Shown here: one piece after another, positions 18,547 to 26,614 of the stretch
Layout: every line of letters starts with the position of its first letter
Numbering within the stretch: the first letter of the stretch is position 1
Source of the DNA: a virus
Lineage: Duplodnaviria > Caudoviricetes
Direction: 5' to 3' (one strand)
IMG/VR virus record: IMGVR_UViG_3300033233_000040
Coordinates: 1 to 61,753 of that record
DNA: 61,753 nucleotides
The notes under the pieces: generated by a model
The model's input: only the letters and a program-made list of their open reading frames with translations
What the model was told of the DNA's origin: nothing
The model's database searches: none
Translations under genes and position numbers: made by a program

Positions 18547-19746
18547 TTAAGCTGATTCGGCCATTTTATGAGCCAAGGGGCCACACTCAGGGGCCACAAC
18601 TTTCCCCGCGCTCACGATCTTTTCCCATGGCCCCATAGCTTTAAAAGCGTCTTTGTGATAATATACCTTAATCATCCGCGCATCGTATTGAATGCCCAGG
18701 TTTTTCAAATCCAATTCGCTAAAACCATTATCCAACATCCACGTTACCGCGCAGTGCTTCAAATCGTGCCAGCAAAAGCCCTTTATCTTTGCAGCCTTAC
18801 GAACGGCTGTCCATTCCCTTTTGAAGCATCCCAGAGGATGCCACATGCCCTTGGCATCAAACCGGGGGAACAGCAGCGGACAATCGGCGGGCACTGATTT
18901 AAAATAATCCAATAGGGGCTTATCCAGGCAAATTAAATGCGCTTTGGCGGGCTTGTATCTTCCCGTTTTTTGCGGCAAAAAATGAATGTAGGATTTCAGC
19001 GGGTTGAACCGGTTATAAGAAAGACTGTCCTTTGTGAGGGCTTTCATGTCCCCGCGCCTTATGGGGTTCATACAGGAAAAGTAAAACGGCCAATAAAGCG
19101 GGGATTCCCGCTTGCGCAAAACCTTAAAAATTTCTTCCTTTTCCTTTTCGCTTAAAACCCGGTCGCGCGGTTCTTCCGGTTCTTTCTTAAAAAGCTTGAG
19201 GGGGTTTTCCTTGATTTTGCCGCGCCCAATTGCAAAGTTATAAGCGCGGTTGGCAACGTCCAAATAAAAATTCCGCGTCCGGGGCTTGAGGATATCCCCG
19301 AGTTCCCGTTTGATAGGCTTCTTGCCCTGCTTTACCCGTTCGATATTCAGGAGCCTTTGCCTCTCCCCGATCCATTCCCTTTGCCGCTGTTTTCTAAGAG
19401 CGTCGATAAAATCCCCAAAGCGTTCAGCCATTTCTTCGTTGCGGACGTTGCCTAAATCCGAAATCAGTCTATCTACGAAATGCTTAAAAGTGATTTTGGC
19501 CGTTGTCCGCTCAACCCAGAATTTTACGATATCGCCAAAGAGGGGAAGTTTCGACGCGGACGGGGTGAAGGACGTTACAGGGTTGTCCTTTTTTTCCGCG
19601 CCTATCTCTTTTGCCAGGTCCAATTCGGCGGCTTTCGCTTCAATCCGGGTGCCGGTAAAATACTTCTTCTTGCCTATCACCGTTCCATTGTTCCGCGCCC
19701 GGACACGGATAAACCAATAATTAGGGCTTATGTTTTTGATACTCAT
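18547..19746 (-). CDS. int: Tyrosine integrase (phage type, atypical catalytic residues)
   Basis: IRRGDM, PQKTG, WHDLKH, LGIQ...VYYH; N-terminal arm-binding-like segment; adjacent to attP. Confidence 0.88.
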   Translation of the reverse strand: MSIKNISPNYWFIRVRARNNGTVIGKKKYFTGTRIEAKAAELDLAKEIGAEKKDNPVTSFTPSASKLPLFGDIVKFWVERTTAKITFKHFVDRLISDLGNVRNEEMAERFGDFIDALRKQRQREWIGERQRLLNIERVKQGKKPIKRELGDILKPRTRNFYLDVANRAYNFAIGRGKIKENPLKLFKKEPEEPRDRVLSEKEKEEIFKVLRKRESPLYWPFYFSCMNPIRRGDMKALTKDSLSYNRFNPLKSYIHFLPQKTGRYKPAKAHLICLDKPLLDYFKSVPADCPLLFPRFDAKGMWHPLGCFKREWTAVRKAAKIKGFCWHDLKHCAVTWMLDNGFSELDLKNLGIQYDARMIKVYYHKDAFKAMGPWEKIVSAGKVVAPECGPLAHKMAESA

Positions 19747-19892
19747 GCCCGCCCCGCTTTCCTCTTCCGTGCCGCTTCTTTCTTTTTCCTTATCGCCCTG
19801 ATACGCCTATAATACTCAGAAGTCCCGCGCACCTTGCAAGCGCCCCCGGCCTTTCCGCCCTTTTTCCCCATGCTGGAGGGTGTCCATTCCAT
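19743..19892 (-). CDS. Small basic protein (49 aa, KGG-like motif) coupled to int
   Basis: Own translation MEWTPSSMGKKGGKAGG...; ATGA overlap with int; SD GGAG. Confidence 0.55.
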   Translation of the reverse strand: MEWTPSSMGKKGGKAGGACKVRGTSEYYRRIRAIRKKKEAARKRKAGRA

Positions 19893-19929
19893 GCTTATCT
19901 CCGTTTGTTAGGGTTTATGGCTCACCCTT

Positions 19930-19958
19930 AATATACACAAACGGTTGTGATATTGCAA
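19930..19958 (-). promoter_or_regulatory. Sigma70-type promoter for int
   Basis: Minus strand TTGCAA-17 bp-TATATT. Confidence 0.6.
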
Positions 19959-19970
19959 TCTTTCATTTGT

Positions 19971-20180
19971 TTACCTCTCCATGCGCGGCAAAAGCAAAAC
20001 CCCGGATAGCCGCGCCCGGTCAATTGAATCCCGGCTATATCGCCATAAGTGGCCGCACTTCAATTGCCCGGGTATGCGCCGATCCTGCGTCCAATTTGTA
20101 ATGGTCTTGATGGATACGTTCAACAGCTTCGCCAATTCGCGCGGCTGATAGTAGTCGGGGATTGAATTAACAGTTTCCAT
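19971..20180 (-). CDS. xis: Excisionase-like HTH protein
   Basis: YYQPRELAKLLNVSIKTITNW...IPG.LKCGHLWRY (HTH_17/AlpA-like); upstream of int. Confidence 0.8.
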   Translation of the reverse strand: METVNSIPDYYQPRELAKLLNVSIKTITNWTQDRRIPGQLKCGHLWRYSRDSIDRARLSGVLLLPRMER

Positions 20181-20185
20181 GATAG

Positions 20186-20452
20186 TTAGAAAAGGGACAA
20201 TTGAGGCCCGGTGTTGATCCGGTAGGTTGTGTATTCCAGTTTACCCAGGCGGCGCTTGCCGGATTCAATGATAAGGTCGGCGCGGACCAACTCCGCGACC
20301 CTCTTACGCGCGGACTCGCCCATAAGTTCGGTAATGTGCTTCTGGGTGCAGTTGGGGTGGTCGATGATAAAGTCGTAGACCCGACTCTTGAGGGTTCCGG
20401 CCAGTCCTGACTCGATTACGGATTTGTGGGCGTCGATGGATGTTTGTTTCAT
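20186..20452 (-). CDS. Winged-helix DNA-binding protein
   Basis: MKQTSIDAH...VYDFI...CTQKHITELM...RKRVAELV..DLIIESGKR. Confidence 0.7.
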   Translation of the reverse strand: MKQTSIDAHKSVIESGLAGTLKSRVYDFIIDHPNCTQKHITELMGESARKRVAELVRADLIIESGKRRLGKLEYTTYRINTGPQLSLF

Positions 20453-20465
20453 GGGGCCATCTCTT

Positions 20466-20720
20466 TTACAGTTTGGTTCCGCCGTTGAACAACGGGCAAA
20501 GGTCCGGGCACCCCTTCTCGTACTCCGTGTTATTAAGGATGGCTGCATTGTACGGGAAAAAATACTCACCTTTGCCCTTGGCAACGGCCCTTGCCCATTC
20601 AAAGACCGGGTGGTCGCACACCATTACCGGCCCTGGTCCGCCTCCGTCGTCACTCTTATGCGGGCACTGGGAGCAACAGGTTATAAGCTTACCTTTTACC
20701 GCTAACTCGCCGGTCTTCAT
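20466..20720 (-). CDS. Cys-rich hypothetical protein
   Basis: CSQCPH...CDHP...CPDLCPL; SD AAGGAG. Confidence 0.55.
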   Translation of the reverse strand: MKTGELAVKGKLITCCSQCPHKSDDGGGPGPVMVCDHPVFEWARAVAKGKGEYFFPYNAAILNNTEYEKGCPDLCPLFNGGTKL

Positions 20721-21279
20721 TGTTTGCTCCTTTCTTTATGGCGCTCTTGAATTCGACAACCCAAACCCACGGATTCTTTTCCCATCCAATCCCGCGTTTG
20801 TCATTTATAAAATTCCAGAAAATTGAAAAGGCTTTTCGATAGGTTGGCGTTGTGATGGGGCTAACTACAACCGTATCTTTCCCGCCAACGCCCTCTTCTT
20901 TCGCGTCTTCTTCTAAAATGTCTTGAAGCCGTTCAACCCGAAAATCGGTAACTTCCAAACTAATTCTAGACGCTGTGCGCGGCATAAAAATTGACGGCTT
21001 CCAACCATCATGCGCATAGGGTTCGAATGTAGGATAGTCGGCGCGATAATAGAATCTATCGTATTTATGGCGGTACACAAAGGTTTCGCGCACCCAAAGA
21101 AAATTGGATACGCTGCCATAGGGACAGTTTATTTCCGACATTATTTCGTACGAACCATACTGCGGATACTCTTCCAAAAACCATTTTGGAAGCTTCACGA
21201 TTCGCCGTGTTTGCGTTTTTCTTCCTTCGAGAATTGCCCGAACCATTGGGGCGCTAAAAAGGATCGGTTTTTCTTTCAT
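20689..21279 (-). CDS. ASCH/PUA-like conserved phage protein
   Basis: KPILFSAPMVRAILEGRKTQTRR, WVRETF, WKPSIFMPR, NPWVWVVEF. Confidence 0.8.
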   Translation of the reverse strand: MKEKPILFSAPMVRAILEGRKTQTRRIVKLPKWFLEEYPQYGSYEIMSEINCPYGSVSNFLWVRETFVYRHKYDRFYYRADYPTFEPYAHDGWKPSIFMPRTASRISLEVTDFRVERLQDILEEDAKEEGVGGKDTVVVSPITTPTYRKAFSIFWNFINDKRGIGWEKNPWVWVVEFKSAIKKGANNEDRRVSGKR

Positions 21280-21373
21280 CTTTTCCTTTGTCTTTGCGGC
21301 CCCGGATGGGCCACGGCCTTGCGGGCAAATAGCATGCAGGGGTCATTCGAAATACGAACCATTACGCCGCCTT

Positions 21374-21694
21374 TCATGCCTTGTGTTCGCCTTCAACCTG
21401 TCTTTTTTCCCTGTCCGCCGTCCGTTTGTTAAGCCACAGAAGAGCCTCTTCCAATTTCGTGATGGCGATGGCGTTTTCGCGACATGCGAATTTTGACTCC
21501 TGATAAAACTGAATGCGCTGCCGGGCGGCGTCAATCACGGTTTCCACGAAAGCACCGTTCGGCTCTTTACGTTCAACCCCGCGACCGAGAGGGCCATCCT
21601 GCCAGTCAATTGTAAGCCCCGTGCCCCGCACCGAACCTCCCGTTGGATTGAGGTCCGGGTCTGTGAAATTGGAAGCATTGTACTCTGCTAACAT
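21374..21694 (-). CDS. tad1: Tad1/Acb2-family anti-defence nucleotide sponge
   Basis: IDWQDG...NG...RIQFYQ..KFACRENAIAITKLEEALLWLNKRT.DR..R.VEG matches the Tad1 signature as recalled (FQ.G.F.SRENA.A.T..EEAL.W...R..DR..R.V.G). Confidence 0.75.
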   Translation of the reverse strand: MLAEYNASNFTDPDLNPTGGSVRGTGLTIDWQDGPLGRGVERKEPNGAFVETVIDAARQRIQFYQESKFACRENAIAITKLEEALLWLNKRTADREKRQVEGEHKA

Positions 21695-21785
21695 TTTGCC
21701 TGCCTTTCAGCGGCTTTACGCCGCGTTAATTGTTTTTAAAGGTTGCTGTGAGCGCCACCCCCTCCGAGTGATTGCGAGTCACCGG

Positions 21786-22202
21786 TTACTCCGAGCAAAT
21801 CTGTTTGAATAGTTCCTCGGCATCAGACAGCCACTTCAAGGCAAGGTCGTCTTTGCCTATTACGGATTCTATGCGCCTCTCCATAGCACAAAGTAGCTCC
21901 TGTAGGCGCTCTTCCATCCAGATTTTCTTCGGCTTGATCCCCATCGGTGGCTTGGGCCTCAGCGCCTCTTTCCCTTCCTCTTCCTCGACGCCCATTGCCC
22001 TGTAGATGGCCTTTTCAAAGTCAAATCCCGGCAGCATAGTGCCGCTTATATTGGCGGTGGCCAAGGCCGCCTGGTCAATGCAGGTGCGGCAAAGGGCTTT
22101 TACCTCCAGCATTATGAGAACCTTGCTGGTTTGCAGCTCAATTCCTTTCCGCAGTCGACAAGCCTTGTCTATAAGCGGTTGGCTCAACATAATTTCATCC
22201 AT
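21786..22202 (-). CDS. Hypothetical protein
   Basis: SD AAGGAGG; KPPMGIKPKKIW.EERL phage-type motif. Confidence 0.6.
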   Translation of the reverse strand: MDEIMLSQPLIDKACRLRKGIELQTSKVLIMLEVKALCRTCIDQAALATANISGTMLPGFDFEKAIYRAMGVEEEEGKEALRPKPPMGIKPKKIWMEERLQELLCAMERRIESVIGKDDLALKWLSDAEELFKQICSE

Positions 22203-22219
22203 TCAAAACCTCCTTCTGT

Positions 22220-22261
22220 TTTCAACGGCCTTGGCCAGAATCACCCCGCCGCTTGTTGCAT
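22220..22261 (-). repeat. Degenerate/truncated distal attC-like site A
   Basis: Minus strand ATGCAAC-AAGCGG...AAGGCC-GTTGAAA; only 42 bp, poor inner arms. Confidence 0.4.
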
Positions 22262-22280
22262 GAAGTAAAACCCCGCTGTC

Positions 22281-22616
22281 TTAAGATTTCATTGTTAAGA
22301 TTGCCGGATTCACAACCCCGCCCTTATCATCTTCCGGCTTGACTCCGTATTCCCCGTTCCACTTCTTCCGAAATTCTTCTCCCCGAGAATGGCAATGGGA
22401 AATAATTTGGGCGGCAGCGCCCGCCATGAAACTAGTAATCCCGCCAGCCTTTATTTCTTTGTCGGCCCTGCAAATCAACGCATGACAATCGAAGTCGCCG
22501 GGTTCTTCGTCAAGAATTTCCATTGCACGGCCCGCCAGTTTGACGATACAGGCACCGTAAGGGTCTTTGTTGATAGCAACCTGATTGTCGAAATCCGCTT
22601 GATTAATTATTGACAT
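22281..22616 (-). CDS. Cassette 1 hypothetical protein
   Basis: Flanked by GTTGCATGAAGTAAAACCCCGC (22255) and GCGGGGTTTTATTTTATGCAAC (22660-22681). Confidence 0.75.
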   Translation of the reverse strand: MSIINQADFDNQVAINKDPYGACIVKLAGRAMEILDEEPGDFDCHALICRADKEIKAGGITSFMAGAAAQIISHCHSRGEEFRKKWNGEYGVKPEDDKGGVVNPAILTMKS

Positions 22617-22674
22617 CTTTTTCCTTTCTTGCGGCCTTGGCCGCTCCCGCTTCTCTTCGGCGGGGTTTTATTTT

Positions 22675-22756
22675 ATGCAACGGCTGATGCAGGCTGAAGC
22701 GCGTAGCGTTTGGGAGAGCGAGCGTAGCCCGCGAACCAGCCTGCATTTTGTTGTAA
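22675..22756 (-). repeat. attC-like site B
   Basis: ATGCAAC..ATGCAGGCTG...CAGCCTGCAT..GTTGTAA. Confidence 0.8.
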
Positions 22757-22775
22757 GCTGTTTAAACCACGCCTC

Positions 22776-23039
22776 TTAAATTGTTTCCAGTTCTTTCATT
22801 GTTCCCGGTTGCCAGTCTCTTTTGAATTGGCGTTCAGTTCCCTTCCACTTGAAGAGCATGGCTTTATCCCAAAGATTGACCGTTCCGTTTCTCGATTGTG
22901 TGATCTCCATGACGATGCCGTGCTTCCGGTGTGTCCACCACGTGCACTTGAGCAAACTTTTAACAATGCTAACTTCGGGGTTTTTGCATTTGCATTTCTC
23001 GATTTTCTTTCCGCATGGATTGTGAATTATTTCTTTCAT
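22776..23039 (-). CDS. Cassette 2 hypothetical protein
   Basis: Flanked by GTTGTAAGCTGTTTAAACCACGC (22750) and GCGTGGTTTAAATTGCTTACAAC (23084-23106). Confidence 0.7.
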   Translation of the reverse strand: MKEIIHNPCGKKIEKCKCKNPEVSIVKSLLKCTWWTHRKHGIVMEITQSRNGTVNLWDKAMLFKWKGTERQFKRDWQPGTMKELETI

Positions 23040-23099
23040 TTTGTCCTTTCGGCACCCTTGGGTGCGTTACGCCTTTTGTATTGGCGTGGTTTAAATTGC

Positions 23100-23202
23100 T
23101 TACAACGGACCGCCGCAACTGACGGACAGTCCATAATCAATTTGCTCCGGCAGGTTCGCCGGAAGGCCCGGCTTCGGGCTTTACGGCTGCGGCTTGTTGT
23201 GC
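23100..23202 (-). repeat. attC-like site C
   Basis: TTACAAC..GCCGCAAC...GCTGCGGC..GTTGTGC. Confidence 0.75.
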
Positions 23203-23385
23203 GCTGGATTTTGCGATGCCTTGCGCCGCCTCTTTTAGGTGCTGTCTGGCACACCCAATCATAAAGCCCTGCTCCTTAATCTCCCTGCTTCTAATGGCGT
23301 TCTGATTGTATATGTTGTCTGCTATCATATCAAGACAGCCCTGGATACCGAAAAGCATATGGTCAATTTCGTTTACCGTTCTCAT
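23137..23385 (-). CDS. Cassette 3 hypothetical protein (stop inside its attC)
   Basis: MRTVNEIDHM... with SD; IR pair 23196-23216 / 23423-23443. Confidence 0.6.
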   Translation of the reverse strand: MRTVNEIDHMLFGIQGCLDMIADNIYNQNAIRSREIKEQGFMIGCARQHLKEAAQGIAKSSAQQAAAVKPEAGPSGEPAGAN

Positions 23386-23436
23386 TTTCTTCTCCCTGCC
23401 TTGCGGCGCTGAATTTATTTCCTCGCAAAATCTTGC

Positions 23437-23570
23437 GTACAACGGATGGCCGCACCGGACGGCCTATCCATAATCAATTATTTGCCGTCCGGTTCGGGTG
23501 CAGGCGCTCCAATACTGTCCGGGTCGTGGCAGAAATCTTGAGGGCGCTTGCACCCTGCGGCTTGTTGTAA
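23437..23570 (-). repeat. attC-like site D
   Basis: GTACAAC..GCCGCA...TGCGGC..GTTGTAA; shares TCCATAATCAATT with site C. Confidence 0.75.
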
Positions 23571-23714
23571 ACTGTGTTGGCGATGCCTTTTTATTCTACG
23601 CTTACAAACCGGGTACGGATGCAAACATCGTTCAATATTGTCAGATACTTGATATGACACGCAGAAACGATTGTGCGTATCGCAGATAAATTCATCAGAG
23701 TAATTATCTTCCAT
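23478..23714 (-). CDS. Cassette 4 Cys-rich hypothetical protein (stop inside its attC)
   Basis: MEDNYSDEFIC..., GAAAGG SD; IR pair 23564-23583 / 23725-23744. Confidence 0.55.
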   Translation of the reverse strand: MEDNYSDEFICDTHNRFCVSYQVSDNIERCLHPYPVCKRRIKRHRQHSLQQAAGCKRPQDFCHDPDSIGAPAPEPDGK

Positions 23715-23737
23715 CTTTTGCCTTTCGCCAACATTGC

Positions 23738-23831
23738 TTACAACGTCCGTTGCCATGCTGCAGGTGCCCTACAGGGCACTTGGGGAGAGTGGCGGAACTC
23801 CCGCCACGAACCGGCATGGCAATTGTTGCAT
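23738..23831 (-). repeat. attC-like site E
   Basis: TTACAAC..TTGCCATGC...GCATGGCAA..GTTGCAT. Confidence 0.8.
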
Positions 23832-23856
23832 GAAGTAAAACACCGCCGTCTTTCAT

Positions 23857-24069
23857 TTAGCTTGCTCCGCTGATTTCATCGTCTTCATCGTCGTTTAAAT
23901 GCGTACCCATTGCCACGAACACAACCCGGTCAAAACTTTTGTCTTTGGACAACATCCGGTTCACATGCTTAACCGAGCAATCCATTCCAGCGCTATTCAT
24001 GCAGGTGACGGGTAAATCGCCTGGAAGCGTTTGGAAATATTTGATTACGGCTGCAACGTCCATTGCCAT
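23857..24069 (-). CDS. Cassette 5 second gene, hypothetical
   Basis: MAMDVAAVIKY...; GGAG SD. Confidence 0.55.
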   Translation of the reverse strand: MAMDVAAVIKYFQTLPGDLPVTCMNSAGMDCSVKHVNRMLSKDKSFDRVVFVAMGTHLNDDEDDEISGAS

Positions 24070-24070
24070 A

Positions 24071-24238
24071 TTATTTCTCCGATGCTTCAATGATGTCCGC
24101 AGCGGCCCTGAGTGCGCTGGATTTGAGACGAAGGTAGCTAACGTAAGCTCCGAGCGCAGAACCCACGGCCCCGACGATTAAGGCACACATGAGCAACACA
24201 ATGGACAGATTCGGAACTGTGATTGAAATCGTTGACAT
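24071..24238 (-). CDS. Cassette 5 first gene, 55-aa membrane protein
   Basis: Own translation MSTISITVPNLSIVLLMCALIVGAVGSALGAYV...; same leader as cassettes 1 and 11. Confidence 0.6.
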   Translation of the reverse strand: MSTISITVPNLSIVLLMCALIVGAVGSALGAYVSYLRLKSSALRAAADIIEASEK

Positions 24239-24296
24239 CTTTTTCCTTTCTTGCGGCCTTGGCCGCTCCCGCTTCTCTTCGGCGGGGTTTTATTTT

Positions 24297-24419
24297 ATGC
24301 AACGGACGGCACAAGGCTGAAGGGCGGCACTCAAGGCGCTTGCAAGACACCGAGTATCCTCGCCGAAACGGGGCACGGGTACGCAAGAATGCCGCCTTTT
24401 AGCCTTGTGCTTGTTGTGC
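24297..24419 (-). repeat. attC-like site F
   Basis: ATGCAAC..GCACAAGGCTGAAGGGCGGCA...TGCCGCCTTTTAGCCTTGTGC..GTTGTGC. Confidence 0.85.
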
Positions 24420-24434
24420 ATAGTAAGCGCGCTC

Positions 24435-24611
24435 TTATTTTAAGGTGTCCTCAATGTTTTTCCCTATCGAAGCAATCCGGTCGATAGTCCCGAATGGCGT
24501 TTCTTTTTCGCTATCATTCATAGCCCTGGTCAGCGGAGTAATCATCGTTACATCGGCAACGATATTAACCGGCAGCAAGGCGATGTCTTTAATTAATCCG
24601 AAAAGTCCCAT
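24435..24611 (-). CDS. Cassette 6 hypothetical protein (58 aa)
   Basis: MGLFGLIKDIALLP..., SD AAGGAGG; IR pair 24413-24432 / 24638-24657. Confidence 0.7.
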   Translation of the reverse strand: MGLFGLIKDIALLPVNIVADVTMITPLTRAMNDSEKETPFGTIDRIASIGKNIEDTLK

Positions 24612-24650
24612 TGTCTCCTCCTTTTTGAATTTGTCTTGCGCGCTTATTTT

Positions 24651-24760
24651 GCACAACGCTACGCCAAAGGGGGAAGTGCGCGATTCAAAAATCTATTGTT
24701 TCGCGCATTTGGGCCGGAGGGCTTGGAAAAGCCCGTAGCCCCCCCTTTGGTTTGTTCTAT
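24651..24760 (-). repeat. attC-like site G
   Basis: GCACAAC..CCAAAGGGGG...CCCCCTTTGG..GTTCTAT. Confidence 0.75.
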
Positions 24761-24954
24761 GCAGTATGGCATTGGCGCTCTTCGTTTTTAATTCCCAGTT
24801 CCGTATTTTCCAAATCTTCAAGCCTCCATTCGCTCGGAACACCGGACAGGCTACAGTAGCCCCTTCTTTGAAACGTGCATGTACTACACCGCTTTTCAGC
24901 GCACCGCGCTTGAATCCTGGAAAGGGCTATCTTGATTCTGTTCGTTAGGCGCAT
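24757..24954 (-). CDS. Cassette 7 second gene, Cys-rich
   Basis: C...CSTC.F....C....P.EW; TAATG overlap with the upstream gene. Confidence 0.6.
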   Translation of the reverse strand: MRLTNRIKIALSRIQARCAEKRCSTCTFQRRGYCSLSGVPSEWRLEDLENTELGIKNEERQCHTA

Positions 24955-25205
24955 TACTCGGCTTTCGTGAAGTCAATGTAATATTGCTTGTCCAATTCGA
25001 ACTGATTCCCGGCTTCCGGGTTTACGGTAATCAATTCGATTTTTCCCGAAGGAGTGGCGGCGTAAAACTTTCCATTTTCAGAATCTTTGTTGTTGTCGTA
25101 GACCGGAGAGAGTTTTATGTTTTGAACTTCCTTCGGATTCCCAAAATATCCGTTGCCGGACAACCGCTCAATCGACATTACTTTGAATTTTGCTCTGACA
25201 CTCAT
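24954..25205 (-). CDS. Cassette 7 first gene, conserved small phage protein
   Basis: MSVRAKFKV...ENGKFYAATPSGKIEL...NP.A...F.....YYIDFTKAE; IR pair 24754-24778 / 25250-25274. Confidence 0.75.
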   Translation of the reverse strand: MSVRAKFKVMSIERLSGNGYFGNPKEVQNIKLSPVYDNNKDSENGKFYAATPSGKIELITVNPEAGNQFELDKQYYIDFTKAE

Positions 25206-25267
25206 TTTTCCCTGCCTTTCAGCGGGTTTACCCCGCGTTAATTTGATTTGCGCCAATGCCGTATTGC

Positions 25268-25382
25268 ATATAACGGCGGAGGCTTGGCGAAGTGCCTTGC
25301 CACCGACCGGGTTTATATATTTAAGGCAAGGCATTTGGGCCGACCGCGCTTGTCGCGGGAGCCGCCAAGCCTTTTGTTGCAT
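25268..25382 (-). repeat. attC-like site H
   Basis: ATATAAC..AGGCTTGGCG...CGCCAAGCCT..GTTGCAT. Confidence 0.8.
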
Positions 25383-25629
25383 GCCGTTCCGAGGCGCGGT
25401 CTTTGTTTTCGCTTGCAGACATCCATATCTCTCTAGCAAACCGCTTTATGTTGCCATTACAAAAGGATGCGTGCAGCTCCCCGTATTGATTCCAATATTC
25501 TTCAAAACCGATACATTCTTTTTTGATAATCCTATTCTCAAGCCACACCGAATAAGGAATGAATTGGTTCCCAACCATTCCCGCCATCTTTTTCAAAATC
25601 TTATATTCATTGTGCAACATCTGGTTCAT
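25321..25629 (-). CDS. Cassette 8 second gene (stop inside its attC)
   Basis: FEEYW...AREIW motif; IR pair 25376-25399 / 25825-25848. Confidence 0.55.
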   Translation of the reverse strand: MNQMLHNEYKILKKMAGMVGNQFIPYSVWLENRIIKKECIGFEEYWNQYGELHASFCNGNIKRFAREIWMSASENKDRASERHATKGLAAPATSAVGPNALP

Positions 25630-25630
25630 A

Positions 25631-25786
25631 TTATCTTTTGCCTTTTGTTTTTAAGACAATTACGTAGCAGTCCACCGGTTTAACGGTATCATCAAAGATG
25701 GATTCGAATGGCAGGTAGCTCATCTTGACGACTCTTTCGCAGGAGAGGCAGTTTGATTTTGCTTGCTGGTAAGTTTCGTATTTCAT
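25631..25786 (-). CDS. Cassette 8 first gene (51 aa)
   Basis: Own translation MKYETYQQAKSNC...; GAAAGG SD. Confidence 0.5.
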   Translation of the reverse strand: MKYETYQQAKSNCLSCERVVKMSYLPFESIFDDTVKPVDCYVIVLKTKGKR

Positions 25787-25841
25787 CTTTGCCTTTCAGC
25801 AGGCTTGCCTGCGTTAATTGTCTTCCGCGCCAAGGTATGGC

Positions 25842-25988
25842 ATGCAACGTGCTACGCAACGCCCGAAGACGTGCCGGTTAGTGTACACGGGGACGCCCCA
25901 CAATAATAGTCCTGATTTGTTCTATATAATTCGCAAACCTTACCGGGGTCGAAAGAAGGACACGTTTTTGGGCTTGCGTTTGTTGCCT
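25842..25988 (-). repeat. attC-like site I
   Basis: ATGCAAC..ACGCAACGCCCGAAGACGTG...CACGTTTTTGGGCTTGCGT..GTTGCCT. Confidence 0.75.
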
Positions 25989-26385
25989 GCTTTAAAACGG
26001 CGCTGTCTTCGATTGGTGGATAAAGCTGATCGCATTTCGGGCATTTCATAAATTGTTTGGTTGTTCCCGATTGAAGGAGGGGTTGTAACGGGCTGCCTTC
26101 ATGGATACGAATAAAAGCCGGAACAAGGGGCGAATCACATCGACAGAGAGGCTTTTGTTTTTCGGAATAACATCCGCCCCCATCTTTGAAATCCTCGTTA
26201 ATGCAGTCACCCATCCTGCCAAGTTCACAGGTTTCACAATCCCGCCAATACGCCGGTTCGCATTCCGGTAGTTCTCCGCTGTCACATGGTGCCTCCCCTT
26301 TACAGGCGCACTCACCCATCCGATTGAAAAGCCCATCAAAGCCGTGAGCCTTGAGATAGTCTTTGATTATTTCTTTGCAATTCAT
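25852..26385 (-). CDS. Cassette 9 Cys-rich protein (stop inside its attC)
   Basis: IIKDYLKAHGFDGLFN..GECAC; IR pair 25982-26005 / 26424-26447. Confidence 0.7.
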   Translation of the reverse strand: MNCKEIIKDYLKAHGFDGLFNRMGECACKGEAPCDSGELPECEPAYWRDCETCELGRMGDCINEDFKDGGGCYSEKQKPLCRCDSPLVPAFIRIHEGSPLQPLLQSGTTKQFMKCPKCDQLYPPIEDSAVLKQATNASPKTCPSFDPGKVCELYRTNQDYYCGASPCTLTGTSSGVA

Positions 26386-26440
26386 TCTTGCCTTTCCGAC
26401 CGCTTGCGGGCGGTCTTTGTTTTCAGCGCCGTTTTATTGC

Positions 26441-26614
26441 AGGCAACACGGTCAATGGCGATTTATTGCGCCACCAATCTCATATACGGTTGAAGCGCAA
26501 TATTTAGGCGCTCCAGTAGGTCGGTTAATTGGGGAGTCGAAAACTCATAGTCTATATTTTCTTCCCAATCCTGGACAGCATTGGCGAGCGCCGACGCCAT
26601 TGACCGTGTTGTGC
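26441..26614 (-). repeat. attC-like site J
   Basis: Perfect 17-bp IR CAACACGGTCAATGGCG / CGCCATTGACCGTGTTG. Confidence 0.7.

Larger units (their letters stand above)
18362..18600. other. attP: tRNA-derived core flanked by arm-type integrase binding repeats
   Basis: AGGGGCCACA direct repeats at 18362-72, 18374-84, 18576-85 and 18588-98 flank a tRNA 3' fragment at the integrase 3' end. Confidence 0.85.

Noticed and set aside
18547-19746. Integron integrase serving the cassette array
   Set aside because: Phage-type architecture with Xis, arm sites and attP; no IntI-specific insertion recognised; it lies at the distal rather than the head end of the array. Not excluded experimentally.
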